The translations under genes were made by a program, and so were the position numbers. Below are positions 46,222-59,873 of a DNA stretch of 64,000 nucleotides, in pieces. The notes below the pieces were generated by a model. That model was not told the DNA's origin. It saw only the letters and a list, made by a program, of their open reading frames with translations, and made no database searches. The stretch comes from Batkoa obscura (Eukaryota): contig JASVEC010000001.1 of assembly GCA_030770535.1 (NCBI GenBank), positions 1 through 64,000 on the forward strand, given 5' to 3'. How positions within the stretch are numbered: position 1 is the first letter of the stretch; each line of letters starts with the position of its first letter.

Positions 46222-47854
46222 ATGAAGAAATATAAGTTATTAATAACAAGAGAATTAACATCAAAGATAAATGAAAGAATATTAGCTTTAAAGGATATGT
46301 AAATTTTCTATTTAATAAATATTTAATATTATTAATATTTTATTAATGTATTTTAGTTATGACTTAACTTGGCATAATAGTTCAATACCATTAGATCCTA
46401 AAGAGTTTATTAAATTAAGTAAAGGTAATTTTATAACTTATCAAAGTTTAATTAAATTAAATTAATTATAAATAATAACTAAGGTCAACATGGGATATTA
46501 TGTACATTATCGGATTCTATTAATAATGAATTATTAACTAGTTGTGGACCACAATTAAAAGTAAGATATTTTATTAATATTCATCTTCTTTCATTGATTC
46601 ATAATATGAACTAACTAATTTTAAGGTCATTTCAACTATGAGTGTAGGTTATGAGCACTTTGATTTAAATGCAATAAAACAATTTGAATTAAAAAACAAT
46701 ATAAAAATAAAACTAGGTTTTACTCCAGATGTATTAACAGATGCAGTGGCTGAAATTAATATTGGTTTAGCTTTGACTGTTATGAGGAGGTTGTTTGAAG
46801 TAATAATTTAATTTAATACTTTAATTTATAATTATAATGATAATAATATCAGGCTCAATTAGCTGCTATTGATGGAAATGTAAGTTATTATTATATTATA
46901 TTATATTATATTATATTATATTATCATACTAATGATTTTATATAAAGTGGAAACAATGGTCCCCTAATTGGTTATTAGGTAATCAATTGTATTTAAATAT
47001 AAATATAAATATAAATATAAATATAAATATAAATATAAATATAAATATAAATATAAATATAAATATAAATATAAATATAAATATAAATATAAATATAAAT
47101 ATAAATATAAATATAAATATAAATATAAATATAAATATATAAAATATAAATATAAATATAAATATAAATATAAATATAAATATAAATATAAATAAAATAT
47201 AAATATAAATATAAATATAAATATAAATATAAATATAAATATAAATATAAATATAGATAATAATATTAAATATTGATTTATTTTATCTTATTTTATTTTA
47301 TTTTAGGTCATCAATTAAGTAATAAAACAATTGGTTTATTAGGATTTGGCAGAATTGGAAAAGCAACTTATGAACGTTTATTACCATTTAAACCAAAGCA
47401 ATTACTTTACTATAAAAGAACATTATTGGAACAATCGTATAAGAATTTAATTTATTCTAATACTATGGAATCTCTATTATCAGAAAGTGATATAATATTT
47501 ATTAATATTGATTTAAATCCTGATACTATTCATTTAATTAATTATTCGAAATTATCTTTAATGAAAAAAGAAGCTATATTGATTAATAGTTCTAGAGGTC
47601 AAATTATTAATCAAGATGATTTGATTAAAATATTAAGAGAAGATAAATTAGGCGGTGTTGGGTTAGATGTTACTACACCTGAACCATTGTCAAAAAAACA
47701 TCCTTTATTTATTGAATTTAAAAATAAAGTGACAATCTTTCCTCATATTGGTTCAGCTACAATTGAAACTAGGGATATGATGGGAGATTTAGCCTTAGAT
47801 AATTTGTTAACTGGAATAAATGATCAAGAGTTAAAGACAGAGATTAAATATTAA
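46222..47854 (+). CDS. GRHPR: Glyoxylate/hydroxypyruvate reductase (D-2-hydroxyacid dehydrogenase), 6 introns
   Basis: KLLITR, GPQLK|VISTMSVGYEH, TPDVLTDAVAE, GLLGFGRIG, INSSRG, GLDVTTPEPL, PHIGSAT. Confidence 0.93.
46994..47253. repeat. (TAAATA)n microsatellite inside GRHPR intron 46979-47306
   Basis: About 260 bp of near-perfect hexamer array with two interruptions. Confidence 0.96.
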
Positions 47855-48089
47855 ATAAAATAAAATATATTATTATACTGATTTTTATTCTTTAACATTA
47901 TTAATCAATTTCCTTAAAAAAAATTGTGATTTTAGTTTTAAAAATTTAAGCTTATTAAAACCAATAATATTCTTTCAATCTTTAATATTTAACCAATTAT
48001 AATGAAACTTAATTACTCATTAATAACAAATTATTTAGAGTGACTGCTTAAAATTGTTTAATTATTTTTTAATAACAAACAAAGTTGAT

Positions 48090-48367
48090 ATGAATCCAGC
48101 AACAATTAACAATCCATTAATTCCAACCTCTTCCAATGCTATTAATATCAAGTCCAGTCCCTTTTTAGTTGAATTAGGTGAAGTTTGGTCTATTTATGGA
48201 GAAGATTTATGTATTGAAATAGAACAAGCAATTGAAGATGATAAGTATTATTCTAAAGAAAATAATAATGATAGTAATTTTATAAAACCAAAACAATATC
48301 AATTTCTTATTCATTTTATTAATAAACATGATACTTTAATTAAAATTGGTGTAAAATATGATATACA

Positions 48368-48427
<60 letters not shown>

Positions 48428-49119
48428 ATATATATTGATCTATTTTATTTATTTTTAAATAGTTAGATATATTATGTCGTATTAATAAACTATCTATAAA
48501 AGATCAGTTAATATCTAAAAAATATTTATTAATACCTATTAATTTTAATTTAAAATTAAAACAAATGGTTTATGAATATCCCAATTATTTTTATAATTTA
48601 AATAAATTACAATTAAATACAATAATTCCTTATGAATCTTGTATTCCACCGCCATTAGATAAAACTATTGAACATTACAATATTGATGAAAATTCATTAA
48701 GTTCAATAGAATCAAATGAAGAGAGTAAGTTTAAATTATATTATATTTATTAAATTTAATATTAATTTCTTTTATTATTAGCTTTTAATGAAATAAAACG
48801 AAATAGTTATATGAGACCAATAATTAACATAGATAATATAATAGCAACTAAACGTAAAACAATGATAAATGAAAGTATAAATTATAAATTAAATCAATTA
48901 ACTCCATTATATGAAACTTATCAAACCATTGATAATACATTATTAGATTTATCAGCTAATTGTATAATACCATCATCATCATTATATAATAATAATAATA
49001 ATAATAATAGTAATAATAATAATAATCAATTAAAAGAAAAACAGAATTATATAACAAATCCAGTAGAATTAATAACTTTTTCTTCAAGAAAAGTTAAATT
49101 ACCTTTACCTGAAATTTAA
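48090..49119 (+). CDS. LysM-domain protein without signal peptide (2 introns)
   Basis: Splicing 48369-48462 gives HFINKHDTLIKIGVKYDIQ|LDILCRINKLSIKDQLISKKYLLIP, fitting the LysM pattern; the remainder is low-complexity. Confidence 0.7.
48370..48425. repeat. (TAA)n microsatellite in the first intron of the LysM gene
   Basis: The repeat begins at the GT donor (G-TAATAA...). Confidence 0.9.
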
Positions 49120-49218
49120 TTTATAAGTTGTATTATTATTATTTATCTCCCCTCAATCTTTTCATTTATGTGTATACTCTTTCTTTTTATTATATAAAAA
49201 TAAAAACATAATAAATAA

Positions 49219-49319
49219 TCAGGATATTTTTTTTGGTTTCATCACTTTTTTCATTTTTTAAGCGCTATTTGAGCGGAAAGATTGTTAGCAAAATTCTTAA
49301 ACAAAAAAATACGTCCTCA
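49219..49319 (+). mobile_element. MITE family M, copy 11
   Basis: TCAGGATATTTTTTTTGGTTTC...AATACGTCCTCA, between two convergent genes. Confidence 0.9.
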
Positions 49320-49342
49320 ATTGAATTTTAAAAATTTTATTT

Positions 49343-50602
49343 TCATAATTCATCTTTATCTTCCTCATTTTCATTAGGTACTTGTAACGCTTGCATCCCA
49401 GATGGATAAATAGCTGAAGCAGTAAGTTCGGATAATACTAAGGCCGCTTGATAACCTCCATAAGCAGCGGAGATACCCACATCAATTAAAATAACTCTAC
49501 CTTCACATCGAGTTCTAATTTTACCATTCGATTGGACTGTATGGCCCACCACCATTCTTTTAACTCCTAACTTTTTTAATGCTAATCTTAATACATTACA
49601 TATTTCACTTTCAGTTTCTAATGCATAACCTCGATACCAAGCTGGGCCATCGCCACCAAATAATTCCACATTCCATAATTCATTAGGTGTTTTTTCACTT
49701 AATTCTTTTTTGGTGATTATATTTAAAGCAGTGTTACCATATTCAGCAAAGGTGGGATGGATCCTAAATAAAAAATATATATAAATATAAAAATACAAAT
49801 ATAAATATAAATACTTAAACTATACTATAATAATATAATAATAATGATATTATTATTATTATTGATTCTATTAAAAACTTACCCACCATGACAAAATATA
49901 GTATCTTCAATTTTAGCTGTTAAATTTAAACCTCTTAAATACCGTCCAATCCAACCTTTTTCTGTAAACATCAATTTACGTTGAGTTAAATCACCAAATG
50001 TTTGAACATCTTCTTCAGTAACATATCGATAATCTTCCATTAAATTCATTAATTCATGATTACCAAGTAAGGGAACTACCTAATAAAAAGAAAACAAGAT
50101 AAGTTTATTTTTAGTTGAAAGGTTCATTATGTTATTGATTGATATTTAAAAAAGTAAGTTTATATAAAAACTTACTAAGCCACCTTCAATTTCAGCTTCT
50201 TTTCTAAGTCGTTTTAATAACTTATATAATTTGATTGTATCTGGTCCTCGATCAACTACATCCCCCTATAAAATTAATAAATTATCAATTTTAAACTTTT
50301 ATTGTTTTATTTCAATTCAATTAATAATATATAATAATAATCCTCTTCTTTCTTTCTATTATCTCTCCTTTTTTAATTTCACCTTTTCAAAAATAAAAAC
50401 TTACCGTTTGTACCAAAGTAGTAGTATTCTTTCCTTTCCATTTATTATTTTGATCAATAACATCCACCATCTTTAATACTTTAATAGCTTGATTATAATC
50501 TCCATGTAAATCACCAATAGCTATCATCCTTGGTCTTTCCCATTTACAAATAATACTGTGAAGCCAAAAATTTAATGCTAATATTATTAAGTTGAATTGC
50601 AT
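49343..50602 (-). CDS. Calcineurin-like metallophosphoesterase of the Shewanella-like phosphatase type, with signal peptide and C-terminal KDEL (3 introns)
   Basis: MQFNLIILALNFWLHSIIC; GDLHGD, GDVVDRG, LGNHE, CHGG, GPAWYRG, VGHT, IDVG; ends EDKDEL*. Confidence 0.9.
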
Positions 50603-51068
50603 TTTATTTATAAATTCAATAAAGAAATTTAAAAAAATATTATCATGTTTCAATGTTTCAATATTTCAATATTTCAATGTTTCAATTTGTTAATTTGTTA
50701 ATTTGTTAATTTGTTAATTTGTTAATTTGTTAATTTTATATATATTAAAATATGTAAGGATTAAAAAATAGAAACTTAAAAATAAAAGAGTTATAAAATT
50801 ATCAAAAATAAACAAAAAAGTAATAATTATTTAATAGATTATATTATTTTGAATAAAAAAGATAAATTTAAATACAAAGAGTAGAATAATTCTTATTTTT
50901 TACATTGAATATCCAAGTTCTTAAATTTTTTTTTCCAAAAGAAAAATCAAATAAAATTATTTTGAATTTTTCTATCATTACTTAACTATCTCCTTTTCTT
51001 GAAATTAGTACTTAAATTTATGCCTATTTTTGGAATTGAAACTCAATAAATCTTAATATCCAAATGAT

Positions 51069-53111
51069 TTATTCTTCTGCTAATGCTCTTTCTTTACTAT
51101 CAATAATTAAAGGTCCTAATTCCTTAGTTGATACTGCTTTTTTAAGGAAAGGATGTTGTAATAATTCTTTTGTATTAGGTCTTTCAGCAGGTTCTACTTC
51201 TAAGCACCAATTTAAAAATTGTTTTAAACTATTAGATAAATTTTCTGGTTCTTCTAATTTAGGAGTACCAATGGTAGCTATTAAATATAATGCTCTTAAT
51301 GGGTTTTCCTTTAAATAAGGTGGTTCTCCTTCTATCATTTCAATAATCATTATACCTAATGACCATATATCGACTTTAGGTCCATATTCTTTACGTGTAA
51401 CTATTTCTGGGGCCATCCAATAAGGTGTACCTACCATAGTTACTCGTCGATTTTCATCTTCATTTAATTGTGCACAAAATCCAAAATCTGTAATTTTAAC
51501 ATCCCCATTAAATGATAATAATATATTATCACTTTTAATATCTCGATGTATAATACTATGAGAATGTAAATGATCTAAACCTTTTAATACCTAAATAAAT
51601 ATTAAAATTAATATAAATTTTAATTTTTATATGATAATAATAATAATATAAACTTACTTCTTGACTAATAGTAGCTATTTGACTTTCTGTAATAATAGTA
51701 TTAGTAACTACTTCAGTTAAAGAACCCCCTTCCATATATTCCATAACCACCCAAAGATCCCCTTTCCATAAATAGCCGTCAATAAAATTGACAATGTTAG
51801 GATGTTTTGCTGATTTCATTACTGAAATTTCATTAACAATTAGTTCTTTTTTAGGTTGTTGTAATATATTAATTTGTTTTAATGCTAATGGACTATTAGG
51901 TTCTTTTATATGATATGCAATAAATACACCACCCGATGCTCCTTGCCCAATCTTACGATGTCCTTCATAAACTTTATAGGGATCTTGATAATGACAGAAT
52001 AATTTTAAGCGTTCCATAACATCATGAATAGAGGATCGTCGTTGTGTTGATGGTCTTGGCATAGGTTTAGGTGGTATTTCTCCAAGTGAATCATGAGTTA
52101 TATTATCTAAATGATCAATTTCATTACGTGGAGTAAGTGAAGATTCCATTGGTAAAGATTGTGAAGTAGGATCTAATAAATTAATATTAAATTAATATTA
52201 TATATATATTATAATAGAATATATTACCACTATGAGCTATAGATACTTGAGAATTGGTTGAAGGAGCAAGTGTACTTGCATCTGATTTCCTTGGATGATT
52301 TTTTTCTTCCCTTAATGAATCTCTTAATTCTTGACGAGTTAATGATAACTAAAAGAAAAAATATTAGTGTTTTTTTCTTTTATTTAAATAAATTAAATAA
52401 TATTCTTACTTTTCCAGTATTAAATTTCTTTTCATTATTATTATTATTATTATTATTATCTTCAAATCGATCCCATTTACCATCTTTTTGTCCTTGATTA
52501 TAAAACTCCATTACATCAATAACTGCCTATTTTATTATAGTAAAAAAGAACAATCAAGTTAATTTATAAACTTCAATTAATAAAATAGTTCAAAGTTACC
52601 TGAGGATGAGCAGCTTGTTCTGTTTGTGTAATACCCGATGTTTTAAGTATTTGTTTCCATTCTTGAGGTAGACCCTAATGATAATAAAAATTAATATCTT
52701 TGATTGCTTTTTTAAAAAAATTGAATTAAATTTACCAGAAATTCCCCAGTTTCATTATCATAACCTACATGGGTAATATGTCTTGTATTAAATGGTAGAG
52801 AAATTTGTTGTTTTCTTTGTGGCTGAGGTGGACTATTATTAGCATTAAATTTACCTATTTAAAAAGATAAAATATTGATTAATATTTTTATTTAGCTCTT
52901 GAAAGTTAAACTAAAACATACCCGACACTGAAGAAAAAAATTGTGAAAATTTATGGGACAAAGAAGAGCGATTTCCAGCTTTACTTTCTTGTAAATTTAA
53001 ATTACTAAGTTTTTTATTTAATTTTTGCATCCCATTAGTATTTGGACTAACTTGATTATTTTTTAAATTAGCTACACTTTTACTTTTCATTAAACTTGAA
53101 CTATTTTCCAT
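51069..53111 (-). CDS. STE20: PAK/Ste20-family Ser/Thr kinase with CRIB domain
   Basis: [57 protein letters not shown]; no PH domain seen. Confidence 0.95.
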
Positions 53112-54873
53112 CTTTTTTTTTGAATCTGAATTTGAATTTTATTTGCTATCTTATTCTTATATTTCAAATACTTATTCTTCTACAACTATTCTTTCCAACT
53201 ATAAATACCTTCGATTTCAGTTGATAATATTATATCGTGCTAATCTCTCTTCCTTTTTTAATAAATATTGCTACTGCTGTTACTTCTATACTGCTTCAAT
53301 TGGTAAACAAAGTATTTAAAACTAGAAACTTTTGATAATAAAAAAGAGAAAAATAAAAAGTCCTTAAAGAGGTGCAATAGCCAAGAAGATTAGGGTGTAT
53401 CTTTCTGTTGAGTGGTGATGGTAATGTATTTCGATTTTTATTGGTCAATTTTACTTATACTTTTAAATTAATTGGTTAGCCTGAAATAGCCTGATTCGGT
53501 GGGTAATTAAAATTTAGAAATATGTTGTTGGCTTGATTTAGTAAAAAGGCAAGTAAAATTTCAATAAAATAATAATGAATTGAAGTAATTTATTAACTAT
53601 TTATTAAGCTGTTGAAGTTCAATTTTTGTTAATTTTATTTTCTTTCAATTGAGTTTAAGGTTTAAAAGTAATACAAGTTAGTTAAACCTGTATTGAAGCT
53701 TTATTTGAAAGCTAGAATAATACTAATTAAATATCGAAAAGCAGTTTTTGTTGTATTTTGGATGATTTCATGTAAGAAATTCAAGGCTTTAATAAAAGTT
53801 AAGTTAGAACCTATTGGATTTTTATGCTTTTAATTTAAATAATATTAAACTTAGATGTTTCATATTTATTTTTAATTTTTTTTTATAAAGCAATTATTAA
53901 AAATAAACATTTGCTTTCAGGATCAAAACAATTGTGAAATAAATAAATTAAAAAAACTTATTGATTGAATTTTTTAATTAATTGCACTTATTTCTTTGAT
54001 TTAAATATATTAATATCAGTAAAACTAGTAATTTGATTATATTTGGTAACTATTCGATTTTGATCTTATTATTGTGTTATGCATTGTTACTAGTATTAAA
54101 TATTACAATAGTTTTATGTTATTTAGAATAGAAACTAATTGAAACCCAAGGCTACATTTTATCCTGATTTTGAATTATTGCAAAGTAGTCAAGCATAAAT
54201 AGGATAAAAGTGGGCAATGTTTTTATTGAGAAAGTCGAATTGTTTTTAAATTTTAAGTTGCTCAAAAAACTCAAAAATAATAGAATAGAGTCAAGAGCAC
54301 TATTAACTTATGATTTGAATTTATTTATATAAAAGTTGTATTAATGTCTAAATCAATCTAAAATCTTATCTATAATATCAATTAGGTTTTTAAGCTTTAT
54401 AACTTATATTAATAAAGTATATATTTCTAAAAAATACATTTCAATTAAATCTTTTTCTATTAATGAAAATAGTTAGTATTTTTTGAATTTTGATAAGCTT
54501 TGTTCCTTCTTTATGAAACTCAAAATTTGAAAAATCTCTAATTAAATCCTTAAAAGGGAAAAACGTCAATATTCCAACTATTAAGCTTATTTTAAATAAA
54601 AAAGCTTAAAAAAATACCCTATGAATACACTCGAGTTCAGCAAAAGGAAAAAAATGATAATTGACATAATATGATAATAGTTTTTTTAGTATAAATTATT
54701 ATAGCATATTATATAAAATACTATATTGTTATCATTAATAAAACTAGAGCTGATAAAAATCACTTGTCATATCTAATTGGCTATTCAATAAATCAAAAAT
54801 TAAAGTCAAATAAAATTTTATTCTTACTTTTTAATCCAAATAATAGAATAATAGATATAGAAACAACTTCAAT

Positions 54874-56245
54874 ATGTCCAACTTAAGACTCCTTTTTAGA
54901 AATATACCAAGAAATAATATATATGTATCAATAACGTCTATTTATAAATATAAAATAAGACTTAACTCAACTAAATTTATCCCAATCCGAAATTTAACCA
55001 TAACAGCTTCCAGTTTACGTAGTACTTCATCACTCTCAAATTCAATAAACCCAATTTCCACTCCAATAAACCTCCAACAAGAATACATAAGTATTTCATT
55101 TTATAAATTTATCAACTTGCCACAATTAAAGTTATCTCAATTACGAACTCAATTACTTAAAGATTTAATTCAATTACAAGTGAGTGGAAGGATCTATATA
55201 GCTACTGAAGGTATCAATGCCCAATTTTCATGTCCTAAAAAACGACTAAAAGAAATCGAACTTTATTTTAAATCTGGTATAAAAATAGAGGACAAGAATT
55301 TATTTGGAGAAGATATTACTTTCAATATTTCGACTTTAAATGAAAAAGGGTTTTCAAAATTACATGTTAGAGTTAAAAAACAAGTAAGTAGAAATTTCAT
55401 AAAGTAAATTCAGGTGGATGGACTAATTGTGATTTCAATTTATTAGATTGTTGCTACGGATATTTCACCAGAAGAATACAATATTGAAGATCAACCTACT
55501 TATTTAGATGCTGAAAAGTGGCATAAAGAGTTGACTGAAATATCAGAAAAAAAAGATAAATTTTATCTGTTTGATGTTAGAAATCGATATGAGAGGTAAT
55601 TTAACTCATCTTTAATTATTTTTGACTTTAATCTAATGATTTAACAGTGATATTGGTCATTTTGAAGGAGCAATCCTCCATGATGTAGTTACATTTCGAG
55701 AGGGTATGGATAAGTTAATCGAAGATACTCAAGGCTTACAAAAAAACCCAATTTATATGTATTGTACTGGTGGTATTCGATGTTCTAAAGCAGGTTCTAT
55801 ATTAAAATCAAAAGGGTTTAAAGATGTTAGAATGTTAAAGGGAGGTATTACAGCTTACGGAAATTATATTAAACAATTGAAAGAAAAGGTAGAAGAGGGA
55901 TTAGTAAATGATAAGGAAGATAAAAAACAAGTAAAATCTTTATTCCGTGGTCAAAACTTCACATTCGATAAACGAAGAGGAGAACCCATTTCAGAAGAAA
56001 TTATAAGTAAATGTCATCAATGTGGCACCCCTACCAGTAATTATACCAATTGTATTAATATTGTTTGTAATTTATTATTTTTACAATGTGATGCTTGTAA
56101 GATTAAACATAAAGGTACTTGTGGTTGTGAAAGCTGTAAAGAACCTATACTTACTAGAGAAGATAATATTGAGAGGAGAAGTGCTGTACACCACCATACT
56201 ATTAGAGTTAGACCTGAGTTAGTTATTGGCAAGATTGTACCTTAG
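54874..56245 (+). CDS. TrhO/UPF0176 (TSTD2-like) rhodanese-domain protein with probable mitochondrial presequence (2 introns)
   Basis: SFYKF, GRIYIATEGINAQ, DVRNRYE|SDIGHFEGA, YCTGGIRCSKA, LKGGITAY, F.GQNFTFDKR, and a C-terminal Cys cluster. Confidence 0.92.
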
Positions 56246-56443
56246 TTTATAGTAGAGGAGGAATAGATATAGAATGTTTAAAGTTGTAAAAGTTAATTAG
56301 TACATTTATTTTTGTGTTTTAAAACTAGAATTAAAATTATAGAATTTAATAATAGCAATGTTTATTTATTTTATAATTTATTATTTTTTGCTTTTAAAAA
56401 TAATAAAAACAAAATCTCTTTTAATCACTATAAATAAGCAACA

Positions 56444-56544
56444 TGAGGATATTTTTTTTGGTTTCATTATTTTTTCCATTTTTTAAGCGTTATTTGAGTG
56501 GAAAAATTGTTAGTAAAATTCTTAAACAAAAAAATACATCCCCA
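56444..56544 (+). mobile_element. MITE family M, copy 12
   Basis: TGAGGATATTTTTTTTGG...AATACATCCCCA. Confidence 0.9.
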
Positions 56545-56705
56545 TATGATTTAAACACAATTTTATGATTTAAAAAAGTAAGGAGAAACCAAAATTTCAT
56601 CCAATATCTTACCCATATGCTATTAAGTTCTAAGACTAAAGTAGATTATAAAATAAACTATAAATGAAATTTTATTACAATCATTGTTTTTCTATTGTAT
56701 AAAAA

Positions 56706-58019
56706 ATGATTAGTAATATTCGAAACAATATAATAGAAGAAGGGACCTTATTGAACTATGAACAAGATGAAGAAGAAGTAGAACCAATATCTTTCAAACA
56801 TAGCCCTCTTCCTTCTATTAGGTACTATTTAAAAAGTCTAATAAAACGAAGTACTTTACTGTTTACTATCCTCTTACTCTTTTCTTTATTAAGCGATCAA
56901 CTTGTACGTAAATTCAGTTTTCCTTCCAGAATGGACAATAATTCTTATGACAAGAACCTTGACTTATTAAAAAATATCCCTGAACTTAATCAAACAAATC
57001 ATTACAAAATGGATTTTCATTTACATACTTCATATTCAGATGGTAGTATGACTCCAGAACAAGTAGTAGATTGGGCCTTCCTAAACGGTTATAATATTAT
57101 TGTAATTACAGATCATAATGAATTACGTGGGGCTTTGATAGCTGAAAAATATGCCTTAAAAAAATATAAAAATAACTTAATTGTTATTCCTGGCGTTGAG
57201 TATACGTAAGTTATTTATTAATATTAACTTAGTTGTAGCACATTTATTTATTTCTATATTAATAGTAACTGTCGAGTGCACATGAACTTAATCAATATAC
57301 GAAAACTATCTAATTTATATGGGGCTTATCCAAGCGATGAAGAGATACAAACTATTATTAAACAAACACATAAAAATGGTGGAATAGCAATTTTAAATCA
57401 TATACCATGGAGTCATCACATACAATTTGGTAAAACCAATTCCAGATTATCTCAACATCCCAGTGTAACTCAAGCAATTAAATGGGGGATTGATGGTATA
57501 GAAATCATCAATGAAAATATATACGATCAATACACTTTGAATTTTCTTAATAAAAACAACCAACAATTATTAAAAGTAACAGGTACCGATTTACATAACC
57601 CTGGTTCTGCTTACGCTTGGTCATTGTTACCTAAGACAGTCCCATTGACTACGAAAGGCATCATGAGTTATCTTAAAAATAAAACAAATACTATAGATCA
57701 TATCTTTTATCCTATAGGCACTCCAGCCATTGTACATCCCGAATTCAATCCAAAACATGCGTATGTAATTCCATTGATGATTTTAGCCAATATATTCGGT
57801 TCTTTTTTTACATTGGATCAAGGTATGTACTCTTTTCATGGAAGTTTTTGTCATCAAGAAACATTAACGGTACATTACTTTTCTATATTTGTATTCTATT
57901 TATTTTTATATCTTTGTTTATTAATTATTGATGGCTTCTCTTTATTGTTTAAATGGGTGATGCCAAGGAATAATAACTTCAGATATGTTCTATTAAGACA
58001 GCATTCTAGGTCTCCTTAA
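56706..58019 (+). CDS. Membrane-anchored PHP-domain metallo-phosphoesterase (1 intron 57206-57265)
   Basis: DFHLHTSYSDG, ITDHN, IPGVEYT, HMN, NHIPW, DGIEIIN, GTDLH; hydrophobic segments on both sides. Confidence 0.88.
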
Positions 58020-58811
58020 ATTGAAGTTGTTTTTTAATAAATTTAAGTTTCATTTTCTTGAGTATAAATTATTATTATTACAACCTAATTTAAAACTAAA
58101 ATTATTCACAGCCAGAGAGCGGCAATTTTAACTGCATATAATGGACTTAATCATAGTCAGAAAGTGGCAGTGCTTTAATTATTGAAATGAAATAAAATGC
58201 TAAAGGGATATCCTTTATATTAAATTGTGTTTAAAAAGAAAGCTACTTTATAAGTTAAATTTTAATAATAATTACTTGGCTGAATAATGTAAATCAACTT
58301 TTCGATTTAAAATTCGGTCACTATTAATTTTAAATTGTAAATGGAAATATTTTATTTATATATTTTATTAAGCATTTTAAATTATATAATACTTTTAGTG
58401 TTTTAGGACCCTCTAATTTCTATTATTCTTACATTCTATATACTACAATAAAGAAATGAACAATAAGCAATTGACCAGTTATGAAATCACATTGAATTAA
58501 AGATAGGAAGTTTTGTGTCAAAATGATATTAAGATGATTCAATGAGTTGATTTTTATCTATTTTATAAAAGGCATTAAAATTTACTAAAAAAATTAACTG
58601 AAAAATTAGGCGAATTTGTTTGATGAAGGCAAAATTAAGTCATAATTAACAAAAATCATTAGCTAGCTATGTTTTAAACTGCATTAAATCAAATTTTCCT
58701 TGATGGAAAAATGGAGGGTATATAAGCTCAACATAAGTATCAACTTTATTTTTATACATTCACTTAATTTAATATTTTAATTCCAACTATCACTATTAGG
58801 TTATTATAAAA

Positions 58812-59696
58812 ATGATGAAGTTACCCTTCACTCGAATCATCAATTTACTATGCTTCATTTTAATCATTATTGTTAATGCTTTAGGCTTTTTTTTACCTTT
58901 AGGTAATCGTTACTTTTATGATCAAATCGATTCAGCTTTGGCCCCTCATTACTGGTCCATCGTTATTTGGGCTTTAATTTATTTTACCATGTTCCTTTTT
59001 ATCGTATATCAATTGACTCCATTTACTTATATTTATGATTATATTAATTATGGTATCTCTCCATTATTTTGGGTTCAAACTTTAGCTAATGTAGGTTGGG
59101 TATTTTCTTATGCTTATGCCCCACCAGAATTAGCTTGGATTCAATTGATCTTTATTTATTTACTATTCTTGTCCCTTGCCTTTATGTACAGCTCAGTTAC
59201 TAAGTATATCAAGAGGGATTTAACAACCAGAGAAAATTCGGACCATCATTACTTTTTCAATTTCTTTTTTGGTAGATTCTGGCTTTCGGTCTATTTCGGT
59301 TGGGTTTCAGTATCAGTAATTTATTACTCTTTTGCTATTCTTGCAGATCTTAGTGAATATTCTTACCGTAATGCTTCCATTGTGTTTGGTGCTCTAGGTT
59401 TGATGGCTCTTATCTTATTAGCTTTTAACCGTGATGTAGTGTATGGCTTAACTATTGTATGGGCAGCTATTTGGATTGCTTTGAATTATAGTTATACTAA
59501 CCAAGATAATGCAAGTCCACAATGGCCCGTATTTCTTAGTGCTTTGATTGTTGGTGCTATTGTACTGTTAGCTTGTATAATTACGTTTATCATTAATTTA
59601 TTCTTTTCTTTGGGACGCTCTGTACACAGAAGAAAGCATTATGCTGATTCAGCCACTACAGGTTTACGTGAACCAGTTCCAGTCCATGTAGCATAA
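58812..59696 (+). CDS. TspO/MBR-related 'tryptophan-rich sensory'-type polytopic membrane protein, intronless
   Basis: VNAL...LP, AP....IWALIY, LANVGW.F, SVYFGWVSV and RD..Y.L..VWA...I match the ~250-aa TspO-like family pattern; about 8 TM segments. Confidence 0.7.
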   Translation: MMKLPFTRIINLLCFILIIIVNALGFFLPLGNRYFYDQIDSALAPHYWSIVIWALIYFTMFLFIVYQLTPFTYIYDYINYGISPLFWVQTLANVGWVFSYAYAPPELAWIQLIFIYLLFLSLAFMYSSVTKYIKRDLTTRENSDHHYFFNFFFGRFWLSVYFGWVSVSVIYYSFAILADLSEYSYRNASIVFGALGLMALILLAFNRDVVYGLTIVWAAIWIALNYSYTNQDNASPQWPVFLSALIVGAIVLLACIITFIINLFFSLGRSVHRRKHYADSATTGLREPVPVHVA

Positions 59697-59873
59697 AGTC
59701 AATAGGACAAATTAATCATTACTTGTATAATAATATAGCTCATTAAAATTTAATAAATATATTTAAATATAATTTTAATAATAGTAGTAGTAGTAGTAGT
59801 TTATAATATTTATATGTTAATGATAGTATGAATTAAAAAGCAACTTTATTAAAAATAATAATATGAGTTTCAT

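Noticed and set aside
48369..48458. Poly-Ile 'transmembrane' tail of ORF 48054-48458
   Set aside because: Read-through into an intronic (TAA)n microsatellite.
54742..54770. ACTAGAGCTGATAA motif (also at ~14985) resembling the reverse complement of the family-L 5' end
   Set aside because: The match is too short and homology could not be extended with confidence.
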